Part shown: positions 1-9,932 of the stretch, in pieces | How the letters are laid out: each line of letters starts with the position of its first letter | Position numbering within the stretch: position 1 is the first letter of the stretch | From: an uncultured archaeon | GTDB lineage: Archaea; Asgardarchaeota; Thorarchaeia; Thorarchaeales; Thorarchaeaceae | NCBI GenBank assembly: GCA_964458565.1 | Contig: CAYWJO010000008.1 | Location: forward strand, 37,995-101,994 | Length of the DNA stretch: 64,000 bases | Direction: 5' to 3' | Translations under genes and position numbers: made by a program | The notes under the pieces: generated by a model | What the model was told of the DNA's origin: nothing | Databases searched by the model: none | The model's input: only the letters and a program-made list of their open reading frames with translations

Positions 1-548
1 TCCAGAATTAGTGAAGTTGCAATTGTTGCTTGAATTGGTACGCCTTTGAATGATGATGCACATCCTACAAAGAAACCTATCTTAGATTCTTGATTCAATT
101 TATCCAACAACGCCTCCTCATCTGGATGCCAATAGGACCATCCTTCAACCCTATCCATCTGTGGTTGGCCATTGATATTGAAATCTTTCAACATGGTTTC
201 ACGAGTCATATTGAGTGCTTCTGGCCAAAGCCCTTTTTTGAGAAAATCAGCTCTAAGGCATTGATATACTTCCACAAAGGGGATGTCTACCTGACATATC
301 TCTTCACAGCCTCCACAGAGCGTACAACCGAAAATAGCATCTCTTAGTCCAATCAAACCCTCTGAAGGTCTAATTCTACCCTCCATCAAAGCTTTGGCAA
401 GAACCATCTTTCCCTTACCCGAATAACTGTCAAGTCGTTTCACTTTGTATGTAGGACAAGCACCATTACCAATCTGGCAGTAACTGCATTGTGCACATTG
501 GTATGGAGTCTGTTGCAGTCCGTGCTGTTCAAGTGTGGGGAATTTCAT
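1..548 (-). CDS. GlcF/HdrD-like (Fe-S)-binding CCG-domain protein, N-terminal part (runs off the window edge; absent from the ORF track)
   Basis: Manual translation from ATG at 548: MKFPTLEQHGLQQTPYQCAQCSYCQIGNGACP...CTLCGGCEEICQ...KIGFFVGC. Two 4Fe-4S motifs and the start of a CCG domain. Open to position 1 and colinear with the paralogs at 14389 and 18622. Confidence 0.9.
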   Translation of the reverse strand, partial: MKFPTLEQHGLQQTPYQCAQCSYCQIGNGACPTYKVKRLDSYSGKGKMVLAKALMEGRIRPSEGLIGLRDAIFGCTLCGGCEEICQVDIPFVEVYQCLRADFLKKGLWPEALNMTRETMLKDFNINGQPQMDRVEGWSYWHPDEEALLDKLNQESKIGFFVGCASSFKGVPIQATIATSLIL

Positions 549-726
549 CCTATATCGCTCCAAATGTAGTCAAGTGATAATCTTTCTGGCGGAAATCGGA
601 CACAAATACTTTTGGTCGTAGCAAGCTGCTGAGCGAAAATCAAATCAGTTCGCTAGCTTTTTATGTTGCCAGATTTCACAAGTGACTCACAAAGCAGCTC
701 CACATTGAGCTACGGAGAGCGTTCTC

Positions 727-2661
727 ATGGGCTTGAAAGTGAAGTACGTGGAACAACTAAAAGAAATATTTGAGGATCGTCTCATTACTGCAAAGCACGA
801 ACTTCTCCTCCAAGGGATTGACGTGGGCACACTTCCAAAACAGGTTGGATGGCTCATGAATCCAAATCCAGATGCTGTGGTACAACCGATATCCCCTGAG
901 GAAATTCAATCTCTATACAAGTTCGCCAATGAGACAAAGACCCCAATTGTACCTAGAGGGGCAGGGACATCAGGTTACGGGGGTGCGATTCCACGTAAAG
1001 GTGGAATAGTTGTTGATATTCGTCGAATGGACAAAATCCTTGAAATCGACAAAGAGAATATGACTGTAACAGTGGAGCCAGGAATCACTTGGTCTAATCT
1101 ACAGTTCGAACTAAGTCAACACGATCTTGATGTGCCATGTTATCCATCCTCCGGTCTCTCAGCAACAATCAGTGGATGGGTCGCTCAAGGTGGAGACGGT
1201 ATCGGGTCTCTTAAGTATGGAAAAGTCAATGATATAGTTGAAGAGTTGCAGGTCGTTCTTCCTGATGGTAGAATAGTCACAACGAAAGATAACGACCTCT
1301 TCTGTGACACCGAAGGAATTTTGGGAATCATCACAAAGATCACGCTTAAGATAAAACCACTCAGACCAATTCATCCTATTGTTGTCAGCTTTCCTGAGAA
1401 CTACCAACTAGTATTCGCTATTGAGCACATCTTAGAAGAAGGTCCATTACCCTACACAATGAAATTCAAGGAATCCAAATACATTGACTTGAAGAAGAGA
1501 GCTTGGGATAGCGATGAGCCCTTCCCATTCCCCGTACATCATGGTGTCTTGATGGTCGCCTATGAGGGTGATGATATAGAAGAAGGCTTTCGAGTTGTTG
1601 AAGCGGTCACAGAGAAATTTCAGGGGACCGTCTATGACCAGCATGTTGCTGACCATGAATGGGAAGAGAGATTCTACCCGATGAAGATAAAGAAACTTGG
1701 TCCTACCCTTGTTGTTGGCCAAGCATTTGCACCACTTGAAACTCTTGAGGCGCTCCTTGATGATTTCCATTGGGAACAAGCTTCAGCAGAAGCAGGTATG
1801 GATGGTTGGGTGACGACGAAAAATGGTGTGACCCTCATGGGTTATTTCCTTGAAGATGAACGTCGAAGATTATTCATGCTCTCCTGGTCTCAAAGCTTCC
1901 TCATCTGGAAGCTCGCGCAAAGGCATGGTGGTCACCCTCACAGCACAGGCATATGGTTTGCCAACTATGCACCGCAGTACTTTGGAAAACGGAGACTCGC
2001 TAGGATTCGTGCTGCGAAGACTGAACTTGACTCGAAGAACGTATCGAACCCTGGTAAGATATTCGCTTACTGGTTACCCTGGATGCTTCGAATTGGGAAG
2101 TATTTCATGTGGATTACTTTCGACATGATGCGAAATGGATTCGGTAGAAGCGCACCCCCCTATCTTCGATTGTTGCAGAATATGCCTCCAATCAAATGGA
2201 TTCTCCGATGGGGTAGGGCACACAGTCCTTGGCCGCTTCAGTATGGTCTAGGTTGTTGCATGGTAGAAGGTGCTGCCGCAGTTGCTTCAAGATGGGACTT
2301 CGAACGTTTCGGAATGCTACCACTCTTCGCACCAAGGCAGACCGATGTGTTATGGATTTCTGGATCCCTTACAAAGAAGATGGCAAAGCGTCTCAGAAGA
2401 ATCTATGAACAGATGCCTGAACCCAAGTTCGTTATTGCTTATGGCCAATGTGCTGCGAGTGGCGGCATGTTTTGGGATGGCTACAGTCTCATTTCACCAC
2501 CTGACTCAGTTGTACCTGTAGATGTTTACGTACCTGGATGTCCACCAAAACCATCCGATCTCATGCGAGCACACATTATTCTACAGAACAAGATTCGCGC
2601 TGGTACAACTCACTGGCAACAAAACTATGAGAATCAAGATGCTATGGGATTCTGGAAATAG
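727..2661 (+). CDS. Fusion of a FAD-binding oxidoreductase (GlcD/VAO fold) and a C-terminal complex I NuoB subunit
   Basis: N-terminal PRGAGTSGYGGAIP, VEPGI, ATISGWVA, TEGILGIIT and NPGKIF (ends ~2064). From ~2209: WGRAHSPWPLQYGLGCC...ERFG...PRQTD...YEQMPEPKFVIAYGQCAASGG...PVDVYVPGCPPKP, which is NuoB with the tandem CC. No stop between the two parts. Confidence 0.93.
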   Translation: MGLKVKYVEQLKEIFEDRLITAKHELLLQGIDVGTLPKQVGWLMNPNPDAVVQPISPEEIQSLYKFANETKTPIVPRGAGTSGYGGAIPRKGGIVVDIRRMDKILEIDKENMTVTVEPGITWSNLQFELSQHDLDVPCYPSSGLSATISGWVAQGGDGIGSLKYGKVNDIVEELQVVLPDGRIVTTKDNDLFCDTEGILGIITKITLKIKPLRPIHPIVVSFPENYQLVFAIEHILEEGPLPYTMKFKESKYIDLKKRAWDSDEPFPFPVHHGVLMVAYEGDDIEEGFRVVEAVTEKFQGTVYDQHVADHEWEERFYPMKIKKLGPTLVVGQAFAPLETLEALLDDFHWEQASAEAGMDGWVTTKNGVTLMGYFLEDERRRLFMLSWSQSFLIWKLAQRHGGHPHSTGIWFANYAPQYFGKRRLARIRAAKTELDSKNVSNPGKIFAYWLPWMLRIGKYFMWITFDMMRNGFGRSAPPYLRLLQNMPPIKWILRWGRAHSPWPLQYGLGCCMVEGAAAVASRWDFERFGMLPLFAPRQTDVLWISGSLTKKMAKRLRRIYEQMPEPKFVIAYGQCAASGGMFWDGYSLISPPDSVVPVDVYVPGCPPKPSDLMRAHIILQNKIRAGTTHWQQNYENQDAMGFWK

Positions 2662-2931
2662 ACGTATGAACTTCGATACTACTCAGTCAAGCAAGAGATT
2701 AGGAATTTGAGAGTTATACTACTATTACCTGAGATGATTATCGGATTAAATAAATGGTAACTTCTCCCTCGTAGGATAGATATCTGGATGTTCAAAATCA
2801 AGCATTTTTTGGTTTTCAAGTTTCAAAATACATACTCAACTATCGTTAAAACTGATTCAGAACGAACAAGTATATATGGCCATAATTGCCGATGCTTTAA
2901 ACACCTTCCAGAAGAATGGAGCTAAAAACAA

Positions 2932-4311
2932 ATGGTTCGATATACTGACAATCCAACAGTCAATAAGCGGCTGGTTGCAGGTTACTACCTGTTCCTCTGC
3001 TTAGTTGGGTTCACCATTCTTCTAGGACCAACTGGTTCCGGAATCCCAATCACTCTGGTTGGCGATGACGGAAGATACGAGCACCAGCTCGCGTATCCGG
3101 GAATGGGTACGGACTCAGCTTCCTGTGGCGCTACAGACTGTCATGATGACCAGTGGGACTACTGGAATCATACCAGCCACGCAAATGACCTGATGTTCAA
3201 TGGTACACATGTGTCACTTGGACATGGTTGGAGAGATCTTGCATCCTTCAACTCGTCATGTGCATGGTGTCATGCAACAGGCATAGACAATGAAACCTGG
3301 ACTGAAGTAGGTGTCGGTTGTCTTGCTTGTCATGATGGTACATCACCCTATCTATCATATGATGGTGAAGTATGTGGAGATTGCCACAATCCAGAACATC
3401 ACGAAACTGCAACCTCATATCCTGATTGGGAGGCATCAGTCCATGCTGATTCAATGACGGATCTAAGAACAAGTGATCATGCCAGTTCATCATGTATGCA
3501 CTGTCAGGCCACTGAATCTTTCATCCATCAACAGAATCCCGGAGACCTAGCTAGCTTTGTCAACACAACATTTGATGTTGATGGCGACTATACATCGATT
3601 TCTTGTCCAGCGTGTCACTCTGTACACTCAAACTGGTCAATGGTAGAAGGCAATGGTCTGCTTCGTGCAAACGATGCAACAGAGCTTTGTTCTCTCTGCC
3701 ATGTTGGAGATCATCACCCACAGTACCAAGTGTGGGAAGGTGGTCCTCACGATTTAGCAGGTGTTGAGTGTATTAGCTGTCATGGCTATCAGCTTATTTG
3801 GTCATCCCATGGTGGATGGACCCCAGTCACTAACCACACATTTGCTCTCAATGCGACAGCAGCTTGTGGTCAGGATGGCTGCCATGAAGGTGATAGAGCC
3901 GATTGGGCAATTACCATGATGGAAGCACGCGCTGACGCGTACACAGCTCTAACTGGAGAAATCGAAGACGAAGCTACAAGTTTAGCAGCTTTAGTCGATG
4001 CGTACAATGTAACCACTGGTGCCAACTACTCGCTTTCAGCTGATGTCTATGAAGCTATTGACGCAGCTGAACTGCAGGTTGACATCTACAATGCTGACAA
4101 ATCCATGGGCATGCATGATGGTGCTGAAACATTCACTACCCTCAATGCTGTCTTTGCTGATTTACTCAATGCAAAAGCCATGTTCTATAAGCTGTCATCG
4201 ACAGCAGCTCCTACTGGAGCATCTATGGACATGATTATTATCATTGGTGGTGCAGCAGGTGGTCTTGTACTTGGTTTGGTTCTAGGAGTATTGGTCGGAC
4301 GACGTAGATAA
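2932..4311 (+). CDS. Membrane-anchored multiheme cytochrome c (6 CxxCH, 2 Cx4CH, 1 CxxCQ)
   Basis: Motifs CGATDCH, CAWCH, CLACH, CGDCH, CMHCQ, CPACH, CSLCH, CISCH, CGQDGCH. N-terminal hydrophobic segment, helical C-terminal region with ADKSMGMHDG, then a TM helix and RRR. Confidence 0.92.
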   Translation: MVRYTDNPTVNKRLVAGYYLFLCLVGFTILLGPTGSGIPITLVGDDGRYEHQLAYPGMGTDSASCGATDCHDDQWDYWNHTSHANDLMFNGTHVSLGHGWRDLASFNSSCAWCHATGIDNETWTEVGVGCLACHDGTSPYLSYDGEVCGDCHNPEHHETATSYPDWEASVHADSMTDLRTSDHASSSCMHCQATESFIHQQNPGDLASFVNTTFDVDGDYTSISCPACHSVHSNWSMVEGNGLLRANDATELCSLCHVGDHHPQYQVWEGGPHDLAGVECISCHGYQLIWSSHGGWTPVTNHTFALNATAACGQDGCHEGDRADWAITMMEARADAYTALTGEIEDEATSLAALVDAYNVTTGANYSLSADVYEAIDAAELQVDIYNADKSMGMHDGAETFTTLNAVFADLLNAKAMFYKLSSTAAPTGASMDMIIIIGGAAGGLVLGLVLGVLVGRRR

Positions 4312-4337
4312 TACGAAATGGAGAAACCACGGATGGG

Positions 4338-4375
4338 AACGGATGTAAATCATCCGTTTACCTCCTATTTTTTTT
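4338..4375 (+). terminator. Stem-loop plus T-tract after the multiheme cytochrome gene
   Basis: AACGGATG-taaat-CATCCGTT followed by T8 at 4368-4375. Confidence 0.65.
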
Positions 4376-4496
4376 CCATTAGGCCTTCCACTTGGAACTA
4401 GGCACTCTCTTTTTACCATTCTGATCTATTCTATGAACATCCATATGATGTACGTTCATAACTCATGATTTCACAATTTAAGGAGTATATTGACAA

Positions 4497-6665
4497 ATGA
4501 GCAAGAGACACGCAATGGTCGCACTAATACTGGCACTCTTTATGACCAGTATCGGAAGTGCAGGAGTACAAAACACTGGAATTAAGGTCTCGATGATTGA
4601 CAATTCCAAATCTCCACTCTTAAGTCAAACAGTCGCGAATGTAAGCAATTACCGCGATTATGCATTATCAACAAGTAGTCTATTACTGAGATACCTATTT
4701 GCTTCGAGTGATGGATTTGTGTATCACTTTAGTGATTTCAATTGGAGTCAGTTTAGTGGATTGCAGCTCTTAAGTAATTACTATTGGAGCATAGCAGGTC
4801 TTCAAAGAATATATAATATAACATCCAATTCCACTTTAATTCCAATAATCAGTAAAGCCGCAAATATGATGGTGCAGCTCTTTAAGGATCCTGACTATCC
4901 TGGTTATTACGTCAATCTTTACGATGAATTGAGGATAAGTGAATCAAAGAGAGCTGGTATTCAAGCTTATGCCTACTGGGCTTTGGATATTGCTGAATCT
5001 TTGAATAGTTCTCTTGATTTTTCAGCTGAGAAGCAATGGGCTATTGATTGTTTAACACAGATGCTTTATGATCCGATTTATGGTGGATTCTATTTCTATA
5101 CTGCTCGCAATGGCTCATTAGATCTTACACCTAATCCAGAAGATGTGTATCCTCATGATGGAAAGCGTCTGGATCATATGGCATTAGGTGCTTCAGTTCT
5201 TTATGATGCAGGTGCTGAAACAGGTAATTCGACCTACATTCAAATCGCAGATAGAGCGATGTCCTTTATGATGAAGAATATGAGGTCATGGAACCAGTCA
5301 TATTATTTCGGATTGAAATTAGCCACAGCAAGAAACGGTAGTGTTGCTAATATCCCTAGCTACGAGCGTTCAGCGGAATCAGTTCAATCTGACATCAATG
5401 CGATTGCTTTGAGAACTTTTGTAAAAGCCTATACAGATACAGGTAATTCATCCTATTTGAATTTCGCAATGGACACTAGAAATGCTTTGCTTCGTTTTAG
5501 CTGGGACCAATTATATGGTGGTTGGTTTGCAGAAACGCTATCAGGAGAGCCCTATGACCCAGTATTCGATGAGGATGTCAGATACTACAAATATGCTGAG
5601 GTTCAATTTCAAGCAGTAATGGCATTAGGATCTATATACGAAATTACGAAAGAATACGACAATATTCAGCTGATATTCGATACCCTAGAAATTTCAACAA
5701 AGATGTGGGATTATCCGATAGGAGGATTTGTACAGAATACTAATCGCAATGGTGAGTTTCTCAATGTTGAGTGGCAAATTCATTTGACCGCAATTCAGAA
5801 TCAAGCAATATTGGCATTTGAGCGTATTTGGAGTTATGGACTTCCTGTTGTTTCATATGTGCAGGTTGCTCCAACTAATCCTCGCCCTGAAGATGAGGTG
5901 TTCATCTCCACAATCGCCTTGGATGACGATGGAATTGATATAGTGATGGTGAATTATACAGTGACCGTAGGTTCAACTGACACAGATGTATCGGTATCTC
6001 TTCTGCCAAATCCCGAGGTGGGCGGCGTCTATAATACCTCTATCGGAACTCTACCTGATGCTGCGAATGTTAATTTCTTTATCATTGCTAATGATACCAT
6101 AGGAAATCAGTTTGTTGCAGGAATCTATCATTTTGCCGTTCGTGCTGACATATGGGAACCTGTCGTTCACTATCGTACCGTTTATCCTAGTGCAAATCCT
6201 CAACCAGGTGAGACAGTCATTGTTGAGATTGGAACCTATGAATTTCCTACTCATTGTGGAATTACATGTTGTACACTCTACTGGCGTCTTAATGAGGGGG
6301 AATTTACTGCTATGAACATGACAGCAGTAGGTATTGATGAGGACTATATTGTATGGCAATGTGTCCTTGGAGTCTTCAACGTTGGTGATGAGATTTCTTT
6401 GTACTGCATCGCAGAGGATGAAGATGGAAATGTTGGACAGAGCCGGTATGCAACAATCAAAATACAGAGTCCAGTTTCAACTGTTACTCCTGTGGGATTG
6501 TATCAATTTGCCATGATTGTTGGATTAGCTGCTGCCCCAGCGGGATATGTTGGTTACAAATACCTTGGTCGGAAACGAGTGATGGGTGAAGAGCGTAGGC
6601 TCAAAAAGGAGGCTAAAAAGAGAGCAAGACGGAAACGTAGTGCTCGATCTAGATCCAGAGATTAA
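4497..6665 (+). CDS. Secreted, membrane-anchored (alpha/alpha)6-barrel protein (AGE-epimerase/glycosidase-like) with two Ig-like domains
   Basis: Signal peptide. Repeated YDPIYGGFY / WDQLYGGWF / WDYPIGGF motifs. Ig-like repeats (IANDTIGN, AEDEDGN). C-terminal TM and Arg/Lys-rich tail. Confidence 0.6.
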   Translation: MSKRHAMVALILALFMTSIGSAGVQNTGIKVSMIDNSKSPLLSQTVANVSNYRDYALSTSSLLLRYLFASSDGFVYHFSDFNWSQFSGLQLLSNYYWSIAGLQRIYNITSNSTLIPIISKAANMMVQLFKDPDYPGYYVNLYDELRISESKRAGIQAYAYWALDIAESLNSSLDFSAEKQWAIDCLTQMLYDPIYGGFYFYTARNGSLDLTPNPEDVYPHDGKRLDHMALGASVLYDAGAETGNSTYIQIADRAMSFMMKNMRSWNQSYYFGLKLATARNGSVANIPSYERSAESVQSDINAIALRTFVKAYTDTGNSSYLNFAMDTRNALLRFSWDQLYGGWFAETLSGEPYDPVFDEDVRYYKYAEVQFQAVMALGSIYEITKEYDNIQLIFDTLEISTKMWDYPIGGFVQNTNRNGEFLNVEWQIHLTAIQNQAILAFERIWSYGLPVVSYVQVAPTNPRPEDEVFISTIALDDDGIDIVMVNYTVTVGSTDTDVSVSLLPNPEVGGVYNTSIGTLPDAANVNFFIIANDTIGNQFVAGIYHFAVRADIWEPVVHYRTVYPSANPQPGETVIVEIGTYEFPTHCGITCCTLYWRLNEGEFTAMNMTAVGIDEDYIVWQCVLGVFNVGDEISLYCIAEDEDGNVGQSRYATIKIQSPVSTVTPVGLYQFAMIVGLAAAPAGYVGYKYLGRKRVMGEERRLKKEAKKRARRKRSARSRSRD

Positions 6666-6668
6666 TGG

Positions 6669-9098
6669 TTGGAGGTAAAAATTATGTTTGACTTCGGAAC
6701 AATATTCTTAGTGATTTCAGTGATACTGGCAATGATTGATGTATTCATCTTAGTCATTGGACCAAAAATACTGTCTGAGGAGGATTCAGATAGATACTCA
6801 TTCCTCTTCTCAGGAGGCGCATTTCTCGCTACTGTCGGTGCATTTCTCTTCATGGCTGTACTGATTTTCACGAATGATATCTCATACCAGTATGTGGTTC
6901 AGACAACAAAGAGTACAGCACCATTATTGCTGAAGCTATCTGCCCTTTGGGCTGGACAAGCTGGATCCCTACTCTTTTGGGCATTTCTAGCTTTTACACT
7001 CTACTTTGGGTTTAGGTACCTTATCCGCGGATATGAAGATGATATCATAGTATATCGTGCTTCTGCGATTATGGGAGTTTCCTCAATTCTGATTGTCATT
7101 AACGCTATCATCTCATCTCCATTCGCACCGTATCAGGGACCTGATATCTCAGATGGATATGGTCTCAACCCTCTCCTATCAACTATCTTGAATGTCATTC
7201 ATCCTCCGATTGTGTTTATTGCATACGCTCTTCTAATGGTGCCATTTGCCATTAAGCTCGCAGGTTTTACAGTAAGATCCGAAGAGCGACGGGATGAACC
7301 AATTCCAATCGTTGAGAGATATGCTTCATTCACAACTTCCTTTGCTTGGCTTATGCTTTCTTTAGGCATTGTCATTGGAGCCTACTGGGCATACAGCACA
7401 CTTGGTTGGGGTGGTTACTGGGGGTGGGACCCCGTCGAAACTTCGTCGTTGATTCCTTGGTTGCTCCTTACAGGCTTTTATCATGCAAAAGCGATTTTCA
7501 AGGATAATGATGTTCTTAGGGATTCTTTTCTTGTTTTCTCGTACATAACGGTATTATTCGCCACATGGGTCACTCGAAGTGGAGTTCTCACTTCAGTTCA
7601 TGGATTTACAATAACGGTTGTAAGCTGGACAATGTTTCTTACTCTGCTCGGGAATTTCATTTTCAGTATCTTACTTATTACACATGCAGGACTCAAAGAT
7701 ATGTCAGATGATGAGGAAGAGAGTGGGTGGCCAAGTATTTTCTCACTTCAAGATCTAAGGAAGTTTTCTATTTTCATTGCACTTATTGGTATACTTGTTG
7801 TCTCGTTTACTTCGTTTGCTGGAGTTGCTATGCCTGCTGCTATCAATATTGGTACTGCGATTTTCGATCCTACTAATCTAGAGAACAATATGGTTGGAAT
7901 AAACATAGAATTCTTCTGGTTGGGTTTCTATATTGCATCCTTCTTCCTCTTTGTTTCTGCATTCTATTGTATGAGGAATACTGCTATTTCAGCTCGAACA
8001 AAAAGTGTGATAGCACTAATTCTCATCGTTATTGGAGCAATTATCGGACTGTTCTCTTATGCTTATCCGGATTCATTACTCCCCACAAACTCGCTGATAG
8101 CAAACATGCTTGTTCCCCTAGCGATTGGAGCAATAGTCTATCTAGGGGTTACATTTGTCCGATATATGGCTGGTAGAGAATCAGGTGCATTTACAATGCG
8201 TCAAATGGGTAGACTAATGTTACATCTAGGTCTAGTGATGCTTCTACTTGGTGTATTCATGAGTTCGAATATTGAGTACCAATCCAGACAAGACTTCATA
8301 AGAAATATTCCGCAAGAGATTGCTCCGGGGCTAGAGTTACGAGTCAGTGGTATTCAACTGTCTGAAGATGGTTTGACGCTTTATGTTGCAATTCAATTAT
8401 TCCAGGATAACATGTCTATAGGAGTTGGTGTCGCATCACTCACGTTATTTCCTGGGTATGAAAACCCCGTTTCAAACGTGTATATACATTCAACAGCTGG
8501 ACAAGATATCTTCATTGCTATTGCAGCGTACTCTGGGTCCACAGGGAATATGGTAACACTTCAGACCAAGGTCCTTCCATTGATATCATTTGTATGGCTA
8601 GGTATCTTCTTCATGATTATGGCTATACTCCCATCTTTCGTCATGGAAGCATCCGGATTGTTCAAGGCAGTCAAGCGAAAACATGCACACCTTTATGGTG
8701 AGGAGGAAGAGGAGGCTATCGAGACAGATATGCTGCATCATCTGGAAATGCTACTGAAATCTGAGGTTCCTGCGGAATTAATCCGAAGTCTCAGCATGAC
8801 TCCACTATTACTCACACAAGGTAGGTACTCGGAAGCAGAGTTGGAGCTTAGAACAGTAACTGAACTCTATCCCGGTTATATGAGAGCTTGGTATCTCTTT
8901 GGTGCAGTATTAAATATCCAAAGGAAATATGCTGAGGCTGAAGCTGCATTCAGACGAACTGTGGAACTTGATTCCGAATTCGGTGAAGCATGGTACATAC
9001 TTGGCAATACCCTGAGAAATTTGGGTAAGGATGAAGATGCAGATGAGGCATTTCAACAAGCTAAGGTATTAGGATACAATCCTCGTTCCGAAGAGTGA
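6669..9098 (+). CDS. ccmF: Cytochrome c heme lyase CcmF with fused C-terminal TPR domain
   Basis: WAGQAGSLLFW, GLNPLL, HPP, WAYSTLGWGGYWGWDPVETSSLIPW (WWD domain), TRSGVLTSVHGF. About 3 TPRs at the C-terminus (AWYLFGAVL...AEAAFRRTVELD...AWYILGN). Confidence 0.92.
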   Translation: MEVKIMFDFGTIFLVISVILAMIDVFILVIGPKILSEEDSDRYSFLFSGGAFLATVGAFLFMAVLIFTNDISYQYVVQTTKSTAPLLLKLSALWAGQAGSLLFWAFLAFTLYFGFRYLIRGYEDDIIVYRASAIMGVSSILIVINAIISSPFAPYQGPDISDGYGLNPLLSTILNVIHPPIVFIAYALLMVPFAIKLAGFTVRSEERRDEPIPIVERYASFTTSFAWLMLSLGIVIGAYWAYSTLGWGGYWGWDPVETSSLIPWLLLTGFYHAKAIFKDNDVLRDSFLVFSYITVLFATWVTRSGVLTSVHGFTITVVSWTMFLTLLGNFIFSILLITHAGLKDMSDDEEESGWPSIFSLQDLRKFSIFIALIGILVVSFTSFAGVAMPAAINIGTAIFDPTNLENNMVGINIEFFWLGFYIASFFLFVSAFYCMRNTAISARTKSVIALILIVIGAIIGLFSYAYPDSLLPTNSLIANMLVPLAIGAIVYLGVTFVRYMAGRESGAFTMRQMGRLMLHLGLVMLLLGVFMSSNIEYQSRQDFIRNIPQEIAPGLELRVSGIQLSEDGLTLYVAIQLFQDNMSIGVGVASLTLFPGYENPVSNVYIHSTAGQDIFIAIAAYSGSTGNMVTLQTKVLPLISFVWLGIFFMIMAILPSFVMEASGLFKAVKRKHAHLYGEEEEEAIETDMLHHLEMLLKSEVPAELIRSLSMTPLLLTQGRYSEAELELRTVTELYPGYMRAWYLFGAVLNIQRKYAEAEAAFRRTVELDSEFGEAWYILGNTLRNLGKDEDADEAFQQAKVLGYNPRSEE

Positions 9099-9282
9099 TT
9101 TGCTAAGACAGAGCAACCATCACAGGTCATCTTGTTGGTTGCTTCTGCTAGTATTATTTACATGATGGAACTGATTCAAGATAAAAAGGATACAGAGTGT
9201 AAAGACCAACATCTTTATGGGTATGATTTAGTGGCAGAATGAACATTATTGCTGCCTGTGATAGCGCTCAAATTGAAATCAT

Positions 9283-9921
9283 TTGGTGAGATTTGCTTTG
9301 GTTCGAGTCATTGGAATATCAGGAACACACCGAAGTGGAGGAAATACAACAGTCCTAGTTGAGGAAGCATTGAAAGCTTCTTCGGAATTGGGTGCTGAAA
9401 CTGCACTTATCGAACTCTGTGGACTTAAGTTGGTTCCCTGTAAACACTGTGGAGAATGTACAAAGTTACGTAGCTGTAACCAGGACGATGATCTGAATCG
9501 AGTTGTTGACACTATGCATGCTGCTGACGCAATAATATTGGGGGCTCCTGTTCACTTTGGTTCAGTTCCTGCACCCATGAAGAACCTAATAGACCGCGGT
9601 GGTCGTTTTGCAGATTTTGCTGGTAAGGTTGGCGCAGCACTCGTAGTCAGCCGAAGATCCGGAATAGACATGACCCTTTCACAACTTCACTTTTTCCTAT
9701 TGGTCAAGGAGATGATTGTTCCAGGTATCCCTTCATGGCCTATCGGATTTGCTCTTAATCCTGGGGATATTCGAGCAGACACTGAAGCAATGGCAGCAGC
9801 AAGAACTCTTGGATATCGCGTTACAGTACTCACTCAGTATTTGAAAGAAAAGCCACTTCCTTGGACAAATGGCATCCCGGTTACAAAGGATTCGAAGAAA
9901 TTTGGTGATGAGTGGAAATAG
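9283..9921 (+). CDS. Iron-sulfur flavoprotein (Isf)/multimeric flavodoxin family protein
   Basis: GISGTHRSGGNT, CKHCGECTKLRSC (Cx2Cx2Cx5C), ADAIILGAPVHFG, MKNLIDR. Confidence 0.85.
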   Translation: MVRFALVRVIGISGTHRSGGNTTVLVEEALKASSELGAETALIELCGLKLVPCKHCGECTKLRSCNQDDDLNRVVDTMHAADAIILGAPVHFGSVPAPMKNLIDRGGRFADFAGKVGAALVVSRRSGIDMTLSQLHFFLLVKEMIVPGIPSWPIGFALNPGDIRADTEAMAAARTLGYRVTVLTQYLKEKPLPWTNGIPVTKDSKKFGDEWK

Positions 9922-9932
9922 GTTCCTGCTCT

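Noticed and set aside
632-654. AGCGAA-N11-TTCGCT inverted repeat in the divergent promoter
   Set aside because: A 6-bp arm can occur by chance and I did not see it repeated at other promoters of the island.
2932-4311. Calling the cytochrome NrfA or HAO
   Set aside because: There is no CxxCK and the heme count and spacing differ; only the C-terminal helix motif is reminiscent.
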